Assembly (NCBI RefSeq): GCF_018336915.1
Contig: NZ_CP064923.1
Location: 540,001 to 572,000, forward strand
From: Acaryochloris marina S15
GTDB taxonomy: Bacteria; Cyanobacteriota; Cyanobacteriia; Thermosynechococcales; Thermosynechococcaceae
DNA length: 32,000 nucleotides
Reading direction: 5' to 3'
The translations under genes were made by a program, and so were the position numbers. Below the pieces are notes generated by a model, which had not been told where the DNA came from, did no database searches, and was given only the letters and a program-made list of their open reading frames with translations. This document shows positions 23,485 to 32,000 of this stretch, in pieces (within the stretch, counting starts at the first letter, position 1; every line of letters starts with the position of its first letter).

Positions 23485-25470
23485 TTATTGATCTGACGCA
23501 GTTTCTTGCCACCCTAATTGCACAGCTTGCTGTAACGCTAGATTCGCTGTTTCTGTCTGGTCCACTGCTTGTAAGGCTTTGCTGAGATTCACATAGGATT
23601 GAGCTGCATAGGGAGAAAGCTGGATAGCGCGACGATAGGCTGAGATCGCACCCCCGTATTGCTGCTGTTGCATCAGTACTTTACCTAGACTGGTATAGGT
23701 TTGCGCAGTTTCTGGCAAGAGCCGTAATGTTTGGTGATACGCGGCAACTGCCTCCTGCCTTTTGCCTTGCTGAGCCAGGACATCTCCCCAGGTCTGATAG
23801 ATATTTAGTTCAGCGAGATGGGGCATAACGGTCTGTGTCCGTGTAACCTCGTCGTGACTGACACCGATGGCATCCTGATGAAGGGTATAGCCGATAGTAT
23901 TATTTCCTAAACGATTAGCTCGATAGGCCTTTTGGATGACTTTGGGGGAGATGTCTTTGATTCTCTTTTGAAATAGTTGAGTATCGACCACAACTGGTTT
24001 AGACTCACCAGCCGCTGTCGCCCAGCAACGATGAGCCGCAAGATTCTGAGCATCAACGGCTAAAGCTTTTTGGCAGTACTGAGCGGCAACCTCTGTTTGC
24101 TGATTAGCGATCAGTAGATTTCCCAAACGGTTATAAGCCTGGACCTCTTGGTGAGACTCTTTCCGCAAAATGTCCAAGGCTTCTTGGGGCCGTTGCAGTT
24201 TGACTAGTGTTTCTGCAATGTCAATGTAGGCATATTTGTTGAGTTGATATTCTTGCCGAAAACTGGTTAAGGCTGTTTCTAGTTGGCCCTGTCTGGCTTG
24301 AACCTGGCCTAAGCAAGACCATACATCTGCCCGCTTCCGATTCACCTCAGCCTTATTGAGATGATGGGCCAGGAATTGGGTCTTGTTCAGGATTGTTTCA
24401 GCTTGACGGCAATTTTTCTCAGCCTGAGTCAATTGATTGGCCTTGACTAAATCCTTTGACTGTTCGATCAAATGCTGGACATTTGCCTTCTGGAATGGTT
24501 GGTCTGATCGAAAATACTGCTGCGATACTTCCTGGGCTTCGTTCGAGAGGTTTTGACCCACTAAAAAATGAATCAAGTCTTGGGCAATTAGTGGTTGGCC
24601 CATAGGGTCTGTCAGTTCAAGAGCCTTGCGAAATGCTGACTGTGCGGGTTCGATACGATTCAAGGAGTTGAGTCTGACTGCTAAGGCATGATGGGCATAG
24701 TCATCCTTAACACCTTGTTTGGGGTGTTTACTATCTAGATCAAGCCATTGATGATAGGCGGCTAACGCATCATCTAAGTGATTTTCACGAACTAGAACAT
24801 CTCCCAGTAATCGGTGAGGATAACCTGGATAGGCTTTGGGCCGAGTCTGGGCAAAAGCACTCACAGCCTCATCTAACTGATTATGTTTCGCTAATGCATT
24901 CCCTAGGTGTTCATAAATCAATCGATCTGGTTTTGCTGTAATAGCTTGGCGATAGGCTTTGATCGCTTCAGGTAAACGCTCTTCATGGTCCAAAGATTGC
25001 CCTAACCGAAAATGGACTTCCGCTTCCTGCATTGCTTTGGGGGCATCAGGATAGTCTTGAATGATGCCTTGGCGGAAGGTTGCGATCGCATCGTCAGTCT
25101 TGCTCTGTTTGACTAAGGCTTTGCCCCAACTTTGATAGATCCGCGAAATATTGGGTGGCTTGAGGGCAATGGCTTTTTGATAGTGACTAATGGCTTTATC
25201 GACCTGATTTTCGGCCACTAAAACGAGTCCCAGCTGATGGTGAGCTTCCGCATCTTGGGGATTCAGTTGGATGGCCTGTTGCCACACCTTGGCTTGTTGA
25301 GTTTTGGCTAATAGTTGCTTCACAGAGCTGTTTTGCTCGGTAGACTTTTTTGCAGTTGCCGAAACTTGCTGAGACGATGAGGAATTAGCCGAAAAAAGAT
25401 TTAGGCGGTGAATTAAACCAATGGACAATACACACAAGCAAAGCAGGGACAGTGTTGTCTTAGTTTTCAT
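23485..25470 (-). CDS. Secreted tetratricopeptide (TPR) repeat protein
   Basis: Signal peptide MKTKTTLSLLCLCVLSIGL, then many A-x-x-x-Y-x-x-A-I/L-x-L-x-P TPR units. Confidence 0.75.
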   Translation of the reverse strand: MKTKTTLSLLCLCVLSIGLIHRLNLFSANSSSSQQVSATAKKSTEQNSSVKQLLAKTQQAKVWQQAIQLNPQDAEAHHQLGLVLVAENQVDKAISHYQKAIALKPPNISRIYQSWGKALVKQSKTDDAIATFRQGIIQDYPDAPKAMQEAEVHFRLGQSLDHEERLPEAIKAYRQAITAKPDRLIYEHLGNALAKHNQLDEAVSAFAQTRPKAYPGYPHRLLGDVLVRENHLDDALAAYHQWLDLDSKHPKQGVKDDYAHHALAVRLNSLNRIEPAQSAFRKALELTDPMGQPLIAQDLIHFLVGQNLSNEAQEVSQQYFRSDQPFQKANVQHLIEQSKDLVKANQLTQAEKNCRQAETILNKTQFLAHHLNKAEVNRKRADVWSCLGQVQARQGQLETALTSFRQEYQLNKYAYIDIAETLVKLQRPQEALDILRKESHQEVQAYNRLGNLLIANQQTEVAAQYCQKALAVDAQNLAAHRCWATAAGESKPVVVDTQLFQKRIKDISPKVIQKAYRANRLGNNTIGYTLHQDAIGVSHDEVTRTQTVMPHLAELNIYQTWGDVLAQQGKRQEAVAAYHQTLRLLPETAQTYTSLGKVLMQQQQYGGAISAYRRAIQLSPYAAQSYVNLSKALQAVDQTETANLALQQAVQLGWQETASDQ

Positions 25471-25549
25471 TGCAACTCAGGGGTGAAATAGGAAAGAATT
25501 TCAGACGGCTCTTCGTGATATTGGTTTGGTCAGGATTAGCCGGTCTAGG

Positions 25550-26686
25550 CTATAAGCGCGCTTGGGCTTTGGCAAGGTTGGATTGAGCTTCTGTCAAATT
25601 GGGATTGAGGGAGAGCGCTTGTTGGAAAGATGCGATCGCATCTCGTATCTCTCCATGCTCCAGTAAAACTTTACCTAAACCGTTATGGAATTTAGCATTA
25701 TCGGGGTTTAAGCGAATGGCGTTGCGATAGGCCTCTATGCCGATATGCAGGTGTTGATAGAGCATGTTATCTCCAGCCTGAGCATAAGACTGAGCCGCCG
25801 CCGCTAACTGACCTGCTTTTTCCTGAACAGATGCCAAAGAATAGTAGATGCTACCCGTCGGATCGATGGCAAGGGCTTCTTGGTAAGCTTTGATAGCTTG
25901 CTGGTACTGCTCAAGTGCGACAAAATCACGTCCTACATCTCGCCAGGCTAGAGCCTTCTTATCTGTGAATGCAGCTTCAAGATCCTTGAAACCGTTCGAC
26001 ATCTGGTTGGCCGCAATTTGCTGGTCATAACCTTGAACATAGGCCGCCATCGCCGCTTCAGCTTTACCTTTAGCGACCCACGTTTTGCCTAACTGAAAAT
26101 AAAGCTGTTCATCGCCTGGATAGTGGTCAATCGCTTGCTTCCTATATTGCAATGCTAAGTCAACTTGCTGATTCTGGGTTAGAGCATTGGCCAGCTCTGT
26201 ATGGGCTTGAGCATCGTACCAAGCTGAGCTTCTAGGGGGATGCCAAGCGGAGGGGGAAGACTGATTCTGGAGAACGATGCTTTGGCGCAAGGCTTGTAAT
26301 GCCTCGTCTATCCGTTGAAGCTGGACGAGCGCTTCAGCCATTTTTCGGTGGACCAAGGCGTTGTTCGCATCCAACACTAAGGATTGATGATAGGCAACAA
26401 CTGCTGCAGCCAAGCGCCCCTTTTTAACTAGCCGATCTCCTTGCAGATCAAGCTGTTGAGCAGACTGCTGAGCTTGAGCGACTTGAATCTCTACGGCTGG
26501 ATCTGCAATGCCAAGCTGAGCTGAAACAGAGCCTGGAAGATTGATGGCTAGAATATTAAGCCCAATCAAAGTGAGAGAAAATATCGTTGTCATAAGTTGC
26601 CAAAATTTGAGAAGAGGTCTGACAGCGCTCCCAATTGCAGCCAGACCTAGGATGGGCAAAGTTTCCTGGGGGGATGTCACTTGCAC
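25550..26686 (-). CDS. TPR repeat protein with an N-terminal membrane anchor
   Basis: Hydrophobic segment LMTTIFSLTLIGLNILAINL, followed by TPR units (AIKAYQEALAIDP, AIASFQQALSLNPNLTEA). Confidence 0.7.
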   Translation of the reverse strand: MQVTSPQETLPILGLAAIGSAVRPLLKFWQLMTTIFSLTLIGLNILAINLPGSVSAQLGIADPAVEIQVAQAQQSAQQLDLQGDRLVKKGRLAAAVVAYHQSLVLDANNALVHRKMAEALVQLQRIDEALQALRQSIVLQNQSSPSAWHPPRSSAWYDAQAHTELANALTQNQQVDLALQYRKQAIDHYPGDEQLYFQLGKTWVAKGKAEAAMAAYVQGYDQQIAANQMSNGFKDLEAAFTDKKALAWRDVGRDFVALEQYQQAIKAYQEALAIDPTGSIYYSLASVQEKAGQLAAAAQSYAQAGDNMLYQHLHIGIEAYRNAIRLNPDNAKFHNGLGKVLLEHGEIRDAIASFQQALSLNPNLTEAQSNLAKAQARL

Positions 26687-26814
26687 CCAACGATATCTCT
26701 ATTATTGATATCCTTGTCGGTCTCTGCAGTGATGTCATACTGGATTGCTGGTGATATTTGTCACAACTAGAAACAAGCCTTAAGTCCTTCTCCTGCCAGC
26801 CCTAAAGCAGTGTT

Positions 26815-27807
26815 TTAAGATAGCCTTTGTTTCACTTTTCGCCAGCGATTCTGCCAGCGGAGCTGCGTGATTCGCAGCTGAGTTAAGGGTGTAATGGCTT
26901 CTTGTTGCTGGGGTTGGGAATCAAAAAATGCATTGACCTCAGTCAAAATCACCTGCAACCGCTGGAGAATATTGGCCGTCCGGTATTCTGCCAACACTGA
27001 TTCTGGGAGATTGCCGACTTGACCCGATTGCAGAACTTGCTGAATACGCTGGACATCAAATGTGAGGGAATAACCTGCAATTTTGTGACAGTTAAAACCA
27101 GGATCCAAGTAGTCAGAAAGTCCACCATTAATGCTGGAAAACACTTGGCACCCACAAGCCATTGCCTCCATGGGTTGCAGTCCAAAGCCTTCGCTCACTT
27201 TTTGCTGTGCCCAATATTCCGCAGAATCGTAGAGATAGACTTTGGCTCGGTTAAAGAGTTGGGATAGATCTTCAACATAGCTATCTACGACCTCGACTGT
27301 ACAGACTTGCTGCAACGCTGGAATCAAATCTTGCATTAAATAAGCAGAAGATTTCCGAGCCTGGACTAAGACATCTATATCTCGGTCTATATTCACATTG
27401 CTGAAATTGTCTGAAATTTGGTTGGGTAAATAGTAAAGCAGGGAATGAGGCGATCGCTGGCCCCAATAGCCTAGGGTATTTCGGCTCACCGTAATAATCG
27501 GCACCCGTGCGGGTAGGTCAAATCCATAGCCTGAACTATGGGCGTGGTAGACCACGTTATAAGCCTGCAATTGTTGAGCCAACTTGCCGACATCAAATCC
27601 CCAACTAATGACGAAAATGACCTGATCTAGATGGGGCTGAGTCCACAGATCCGTTAAGAAGAGGGTGTCTGGTTCCCGTTGTTTGTAGGTCACCACTTCA
27701 GCGGAGCAGATCTGCTGAGCCAATTTTAAGGTTTTCAGTTCTGCCCAGAGTCCACCACAGGCGTATTTACCCCCTAACCCCGGAACCAAGAAATATAACT
27801 TCCGCAT
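26815..27807 (-). CDS. Glycosyltransferase, GT-B fold (group 1 / GT4-like)
   Basis: EGFGLQPMEAMACGCQVFSS is the E-x-F-G-x(4)-E-A-M-A-x-G motif of GT4 enzymes. Confidence 0.7.
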   Translation of the reverse strand: MRKLYFLVPGLGGKYACGGLWAELKTLKLAQQICSAEVVTYKQREPDTLFLTDLWTQPHLDQVIFVISWGFDVGKLAQQLQAYNVVYHAHSSGYGFDLPARVPIITVSRNTLGYWGQRSPHSLLYYLPNQISDNFSNVNIDRDIDVLVQARKSSAYLMQDLIPALQQVCTVEVVDSYVEDLSQLFNRAKVYLYDSAEYWAQQKVSEGFGLQPMEAMACGCQVFSSINGGLSDYLDPGFNCHKIAGYSLTFDVQRIQQVLQSGQVGNLPESVLAEYRTANILQRLQVILTEVNAFFDSQPQQQEAITPLTQLRITQLRWQNRWRKVKQRLS

Positions 27808-27909
27808 ACCTCGCGCCCATTGACTAGAGATATAGTGTAAGCCGCCAATGCTGAACTTGAACGTTGGATACTAAGATTAGAGAGTTCTGCACCAAGCCCA
27901 TATCTCCGT

Positions 27910-28527
27910 ATGCAACCTCGCCGAATTGCCCGTGAATTGGCACTTTTAAGTATTGGTCAATTGCCTAGCAATTCTGATCGACTCGCCAATCAAGATTTGC
28001 AAGCTGTGATGATTACAGCAGTGCGAACCCTTGTCGCTGAAGTCCAAGAAGCATTGGAAACCGCCAGTGCCGAACTGAAACGGGGAAGCGATCGCATCCT
28101 CGATAGCGAACTCAAAGCCATTGATGTGCAGAGTTCGCGGGCCATGGTTACCGAAGCCATTGACCTCACCAAAACAGCGGTCAACCGTTTGGGGTTAGCC
28201 ATTGATTTCCCTGAATTTATTCAGCTGGCCAACCAACAGTCCGTTCGAGACTACACCCTAGATTTAATTGCAGCGGTTCACCACCATCGCGAGGACATTG
28301 ATCAAATCCTCGAGAAATCCTTGGTGGATTGGCAGCTCCATCGGTTGGCCCACATCGATGCCAATTTGTTGCGGTTAGCCGTTGCCGAAATGAAGTATTT
28401 AGATATTCCCAATCAAGTAGCGATTAACGAATCCGTAGAGCTGGCTAAGAAATATAGTGCTGAAGAGGGTCATCGCTTTATTAATGGTGTTTTGCGACGG
28501 GTAACCCGCCACATCGCGGTACCTTAA
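27910..28527 (+). CDS. nusB: Transcription antitermination factor NusB
   Basis: The N-terminal RRIARELALLSIGQL and C-terminal FINGVLRRV are typical of NusB; the long cyanobacterial-type insertion is present. Confidence 0.85.
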   Translation: MQPRRIARELALLSIGQLPSNSDRLANQDLQAVMITAVRTLVAEVQEALETASAELKRGSDRILDSELKAIDVQSSRAMVTEAIDLTKTAVNRLGLAIDFPEFIQLANQQSVRDYTLDLIAAVHHHREDIDQILEKSLVDWQLHRLAHIDANLLRLAVAEMKYLDIPNQVAINESVELAKKYSAEEGHRFINGVLRRVTRHIAVP

Positions 28528-28581
28528 TATGCGGTAGGTTGAAATCAGATCCGCCCCCATCGTTTCGCTTAGGAAAAGGTC

Positions 28582-30105
28582 ATGGTTTTCAATTGGTTTC
28601 GTCGCCAATTTAATAAAGAAGAAGCTGAGGAGCAAGAAACAACGTCTGTCGTTGAAGCGGAGCAAGATGCCCCCAGTGACGACAGCGATGATAGCGACGA
28701 TGCTGATGAAACGAGTGAAGCTGAAGACTCTCTCAGTTGGGCGGAGACAGCCTTTCAAAAAATCCAAGAGCGACAGCAAGCAACCACCTCAGAGACTGCT
28801 GCCCCAGACGTCGAAGAGAGTCCCTCAACCGATGAGGTAACCCCTGCTCCAGACGTCGAAGCAGAGAGCCTCTCAATAGATGCAGTAACACCAGAAGCTG
28901 AGTCTGCTCCCCCTGAGGTCACTCCCACCACTGCTGAAGTAGAGGAAATTGAGCCATCAGAACCAGAGGCTGCTCCCCCTCCCGAACCGACGCCTGTAGA
29001 AACTCCTGCACCGGTCGCGAAAGCAGAAACCCCTGTGCCTGTTGCGGCAACGCCAAGCCCGACTTCACCCCCCGCCAAGCCGACCCCATCTGATCTGACA
29101 TTTGATGAAGGGTTTTTGTGGTCTGCAGAAGTATTAGCAGCCCAGGGTCGCCGCCCTGAAGATGTCTCCGTTGAAGAAATTTCTTGGCTGCAGAAGCTGC
29201 GCCAAGGATTGGGGAAAACCCGGCGAGGCTTAGCCAACCAACTCAAATCGGTGGTGGGTCAAGGCCCATTGAATGCCGATGCAGTGATGGAAATTGAGTC
29301 ATTACTGCTGCAAGCCGATGTGGGTATTTCGGCGACGGATAAATTGATCGAAGCTTTGCAGGTCAAAGTTAGAGAAGAAACCCTACCCCCCGATGCTGCG
29401 ATTGCATATCTCAAAGAGATAATGCAAAAGATTCTCGATGCTCCTATCCAAAAGAACTACAACCCTAACTTTGCCCCCAAGCGAGAGGGGATGAATATCT
29501 GGCTGATGACAGGGGTCAATGGAGCAGGTAAAACCACCACCATCGGCAAACTAGCCCATATTTCTCAAGAGTCGGGCTATGCCTGTCTGATTGCTGCTGC
29601 CGACACTTTTAGAGCTGCAGCTGTTGAACAAGTGAGAGTGTGGGGACAGCGCAGCAATGTCGATGTGATTGCCAATCCTGGCCAGAATACAGACCCCGCT
29701 GCCGTTGTCTTCGATGCCATTACTGCTGCCCAAAAGCGAAACATTGATCTATTGCTGGTGGACACAGCAGGGCGCTTGCAGAATAAGAAGAACCTGATGG
29801 ATGAACTCAACAAAGTTCGGCGGATTGTCAGCAAGAAAGCACCGGATGCCCATATTGAATCCTTGTTGGTACTGGATGCCACTTTGGGGCAAAATGGCTT
29901 GCGACAAGCTCAGGTCTTTTCAGAAGCTGCCGAACTAACCGGAGTGGTACTCACTAAACTGGATGGCTCTGCCAAAGGTGGGGTCGCCCTAGCCGTGGTT
30001 CAGGAGTTAGGTCTGCCTATTCGATTTATTGGAGCCGGTGAAGGGATTACTGACTTGCGCCCCTTCTCTAGCTATGAATTTGTAGAAGCACTCCTGAGCA
30101 CCTAG
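28582..30105 (+). CDS. ftsY: Signal recognition particle receptor FtsY
   Basis: Acidic/Pro-rich A domain, then the NG domain: GVNGAGKTTTIGKLA, DTAGRLQNK, TKLDGSAKGG, IRFIGAGEGITDL. Confidence 0.9.
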   Translation: MVFNWFRRQFNKEEAEEQETTSVVEAEQDAPSDDSDDSDDADETSEAEDSLSWAETAFQKIQERQQATTSETAAPDVEESPSTDEVTPAPDVEAESLSIDAVTPEAESAPPEVTPTTAEVEEIEPSEPEAAPPPEPTPVETPAPVAKAETPVPVAATPSPTSPPAKPTPSDLTFDEGFLWSAEVLAAQGRRPEDVSVEEISWLQKLRQGLGKTRRGLANQLKSVVGQGPLNADAVMEIESLLLQADVGISATDKLIEALQVKVREETLPPDAAIAYLKEIMQKILDAPIQKNYNPNFAPKREGMNIWLMTGVNGAGKTTTIGKLAHISQESGYACLIAAADTFRAAAVEQVRVWGQRSNVDVIANPGQNTDPAAVVFDAITAAQKRNIDLLLVDTAGRLQNKKNLMDELNKVRRIVSKKAPDAHIESLLVLDATLGQNGLRQAQVFSEAAELTGVVLTKLDGSAKGGVALAVVQELGLPIRFIGAGEGITDLRPFSSYEFVEALLST

Positions 30106-30533
30106 TATTTTTCTGACCTAGAACTAACATGATCAATCGATTCTTTGCCTTATCAGACTGCAGAGATCAGGAAATAAATTGTGGCAATCTTATCAGAAGT
30201 GCGCTATACCAGATTGAAGGAAACAATTGATATTTGTCATATTGTTTCCCTTTTAGGAGTGGTTTCACAATTTTTTAAGTCGTTCTTGGTCAGTCTCTGA
30301 TATTTGCTGCAGTTAACAGCAATTTCGTGATGATTTGGCACTCTATCTAGAGTATTCTTCCTAAGAAAAAATGTATCAGAGGATACTGTTGCATTCCTTC
30401 TGCTTCTTTATTTTTCTTTAGTTAGAGTTCAGCTGCCCAAAGAGTTGACAAGAGTGCTAAGCTTACTGGGCATAACTGTCAACTAGTAACACAACACTCG
30501 TTTTCTCTACAATACTGGCTTGTATTTGCCTTT

Positions 30534-31958
30534 ATGTCTCGAGTTCCACTTCCAAACCAACCGTCCCAATCTTTGGATTTTGACTATCCAGGGGTGGCGA
30601 CAAACGTGGCAACTTTGACAGCACTCCAAGAGCTTGTTTCCCATCTCCGACGAGAACAAGCAAAAGCGCAAGACTTATTGAGTTCCTTAAGCTTTTCGTT
30701 AAGGAGCTTTAACAATCTCAATCAGTTCCTCGCCTTAATTCCTCTGATTGTTAGTCGTGTTACCGATGCGGATGCCGCTGCTTTAATTTTGTTTCGCCCC
30801 AACGGGCAAGTGTCTTTAGAGCAGTTGTATTGTCATGAAGGACAGCAATGCCGAAATATTCGCTTAGCCCTAGAGAGTGTCACCCGTCAGTTTCCGATTA
30901 ATGGTTCTCCTGCTAAACAACCGAACCTAGTTCTAGAACAACAGTTAGGTCAGCTGTTGGGAGAAAATTATCAGTGGTTCAGTACCGCTATTTTAGTGCG
31001 GAATTTTGAACTCCATGAACGGGGCCGCCTATACCTGTTTAGCAGTAATCCTGAATATGAATGGACAGAAACCCGGCAAAAGCTAGCCCAGTTAGTGGCT
31101 GACCAAACCGCTGTGGCCATTGAAAACGACACGTTAACGACCCAACTCCGTAAGCAAGAGCGAATCACCCGTGAGTTAGAGATTGGGGCAGAAATTCAAG
31201 CTCGTTTATTGCCCAACTATTCCCCCACGATTGACGGGGTGGCCCTAGCAGCTACCTGTCAAACGGCCAATCAAGTGGGTGGAGATTATTACGACTTTAT
31301 TCCGATTTATCGACAGCTTCCAACCTCCCGTCAATATCGCCTAAATCAGGCCGATCGCTGGGGACTCGTGATTGGAGACGTCATGGGTAAAGGGGTTCCT
31401 GCTGGGCTGATCATGACCATGACTCGCGGGATTCTGCGAGCCGATGCGTTACACCATCATTCTCCAGCAGAGATCTTAAAAAATCTCAATCAGGTCATGT
31501 ATGCCGATTTAGAAAACTCTAATCGGTTTGTGACTCTGTTTTATTCAGAGTATGACCCCAAAACTCGTCAGCTTAGCTTCAGCAATGCGGCTCATAATCC
31601 GCCATTGCTCTGGCGTGCCCGTGAAGATGCGATTGAGCGCCTAGATACGGACGGTATGTTGATTGGTCTGGATGCCAATACTGAGTATCAGGAAGATAAG
31701 GTCACCCTAGCGCCTGGCGATACGATTATTTACTATACTGATGGCTTTACCGATGCGGCTGGTCCTAATGGTGATCGCTTCGATGAAGAAAACTTACTGA
31801 CTGTCTTTCAAGAAGCCTGCCATACTTGCCACGGCCCGCAAGAGATTCTAGATTACCTGTTTGAGCGTTTGCAAGCCTTTATGGGAGAACGGAATCAAAG
31901 CGGTGATGATGTGACTCTGATCGTCATGCAAATCACGCCCATGTTGCTGACCTTCTAA
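30534..31958 (+). CDS. GAF-domain PP2C-type (SpoIIE/RsbU-like) protein phosphatase
   Basis: N-terminal GAF-like region, then GGDYYDF, GDVMGKGVPAGL, YYTDGFTDA and DDVTLIVM, the SpoIIE/PP2C metal-binding motifs. Confidence 0.8.
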   Translation: MSRVPLPNQPSQSLDFDYPGVATNVATLTALQELVSHLRREQAKAQDLLSSLSFSLRSFNNLNQFLALIPLIVSRVTDADAAALILFRPNGQVSLEQLYCHEGQQCRNIRLALESVTRQFPINGSPAKQPNLVLEQQLGQLLGENYQWFSTAILVRNFELHERGRLYLFSSNPEYEWTETRQKLAQLVADQTAVAIENDTLTTQLRKQERITRELEIGAEIQARLLPNYSPTIDGVALAATCQTANQVGGDYYDFIPIYRQLPTSRQYRLNQADRWGLVIGDVMGKGVPAGLIMTMTRGILRADALHHHSPAEILKNLNQVMYADLENSNRFVTLFYSEYDPKTRQLSFSNAAHNPPLLWRAREDAIERLDTDGMLIGLDANTEYQEDKVTLAPGDTIIYYTDGFTDAAGPNGDRFDEENLLTVFQEACHTCHGPQEILDYLFERLQAFMGERNQSGDDVTLIVMQITPMLLTF

Positions 31959-32000
31959 ACTGGCGTTCAAGTTTTAACATCCCTTCTAGGAATGTCAGGC

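Noticed and set aside
28755-29246. 163-aa minus-strand ORF inside ftsY
   Set aside because: It is antisense to the Pro/Glu/Ala-rich FtsY A-domain. The Gly/Ser/Ala-rich product is the mirror of that low-complexity region.
30445-30513. Promoter for the PP2C gene (perfect TTGACA at 30445-30450; TACAAT at 30508-30513)
   Set aside because: The two hexamers are 57 nt apart, so they cannot belong to one promoter, and neither has a convincing partner at 16-19 nt. TTGACA is also part of a 7-bp inverted repeat (GTTGACA/TGTCAAC).
1-32000. CRISPR arrays, transposases/IS elements, integrases, rRNA genes
   Set aside because: I saw no regularly spaced direct repeats, no DDE or tyrosine recombinase-like translations in the ORF track, and no rRNA-like sequence.

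Overview
This is a cyanobacterial chromosomal segment. The octamer GCGATCGC (HIP1) occurs at least 13 times, and the window carries psbY, desB, menE, lipA, nusB, ftsY, a Ycf66-like protein and PEP-CTERM, SLH and TPR proteins. Most of it is ordinary core or shell gene content on both strands. The stand-out locus is 8.07-11.6 kb on the + strand. Three tightly packed tRNA-like elements all share the T-loop core GGTTCAAATCC, and none is a canonical tRNA. They are followed by a 326-nt structured leader and a soluble three-module SPFH/Band-7 protein. Next come a PNK-family P-loop polynucleotide kinase and, overlapping it by 4 nt (ATGA), a Thg1-like 3'-5' nucleotidyltransferase. I read this as a candidate RNA 5'-end repair or editing system, with the tRNA-like RNAs as cognate cofactor, decoy or substrate. 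As far as I know it is not experimentally characterised. Secondary observations are two AT-rich, HIP1-free islands: 3.7-5.7 kb with an XRE regulator and paired inverted repeats, and 18.6-21.1 kb with an ABC exporter ending in a 28-nt perfect palindrome. There is also a psbY gene missing from the ORF track, two TM2-domain proteins with different C-terminal modules, and a glycosyltransferase plus two TPR proteins in a row. I saw no CRISPR array, transposase or rRNA. All calls come from reading the sequence and translations by eye; no searches were run.
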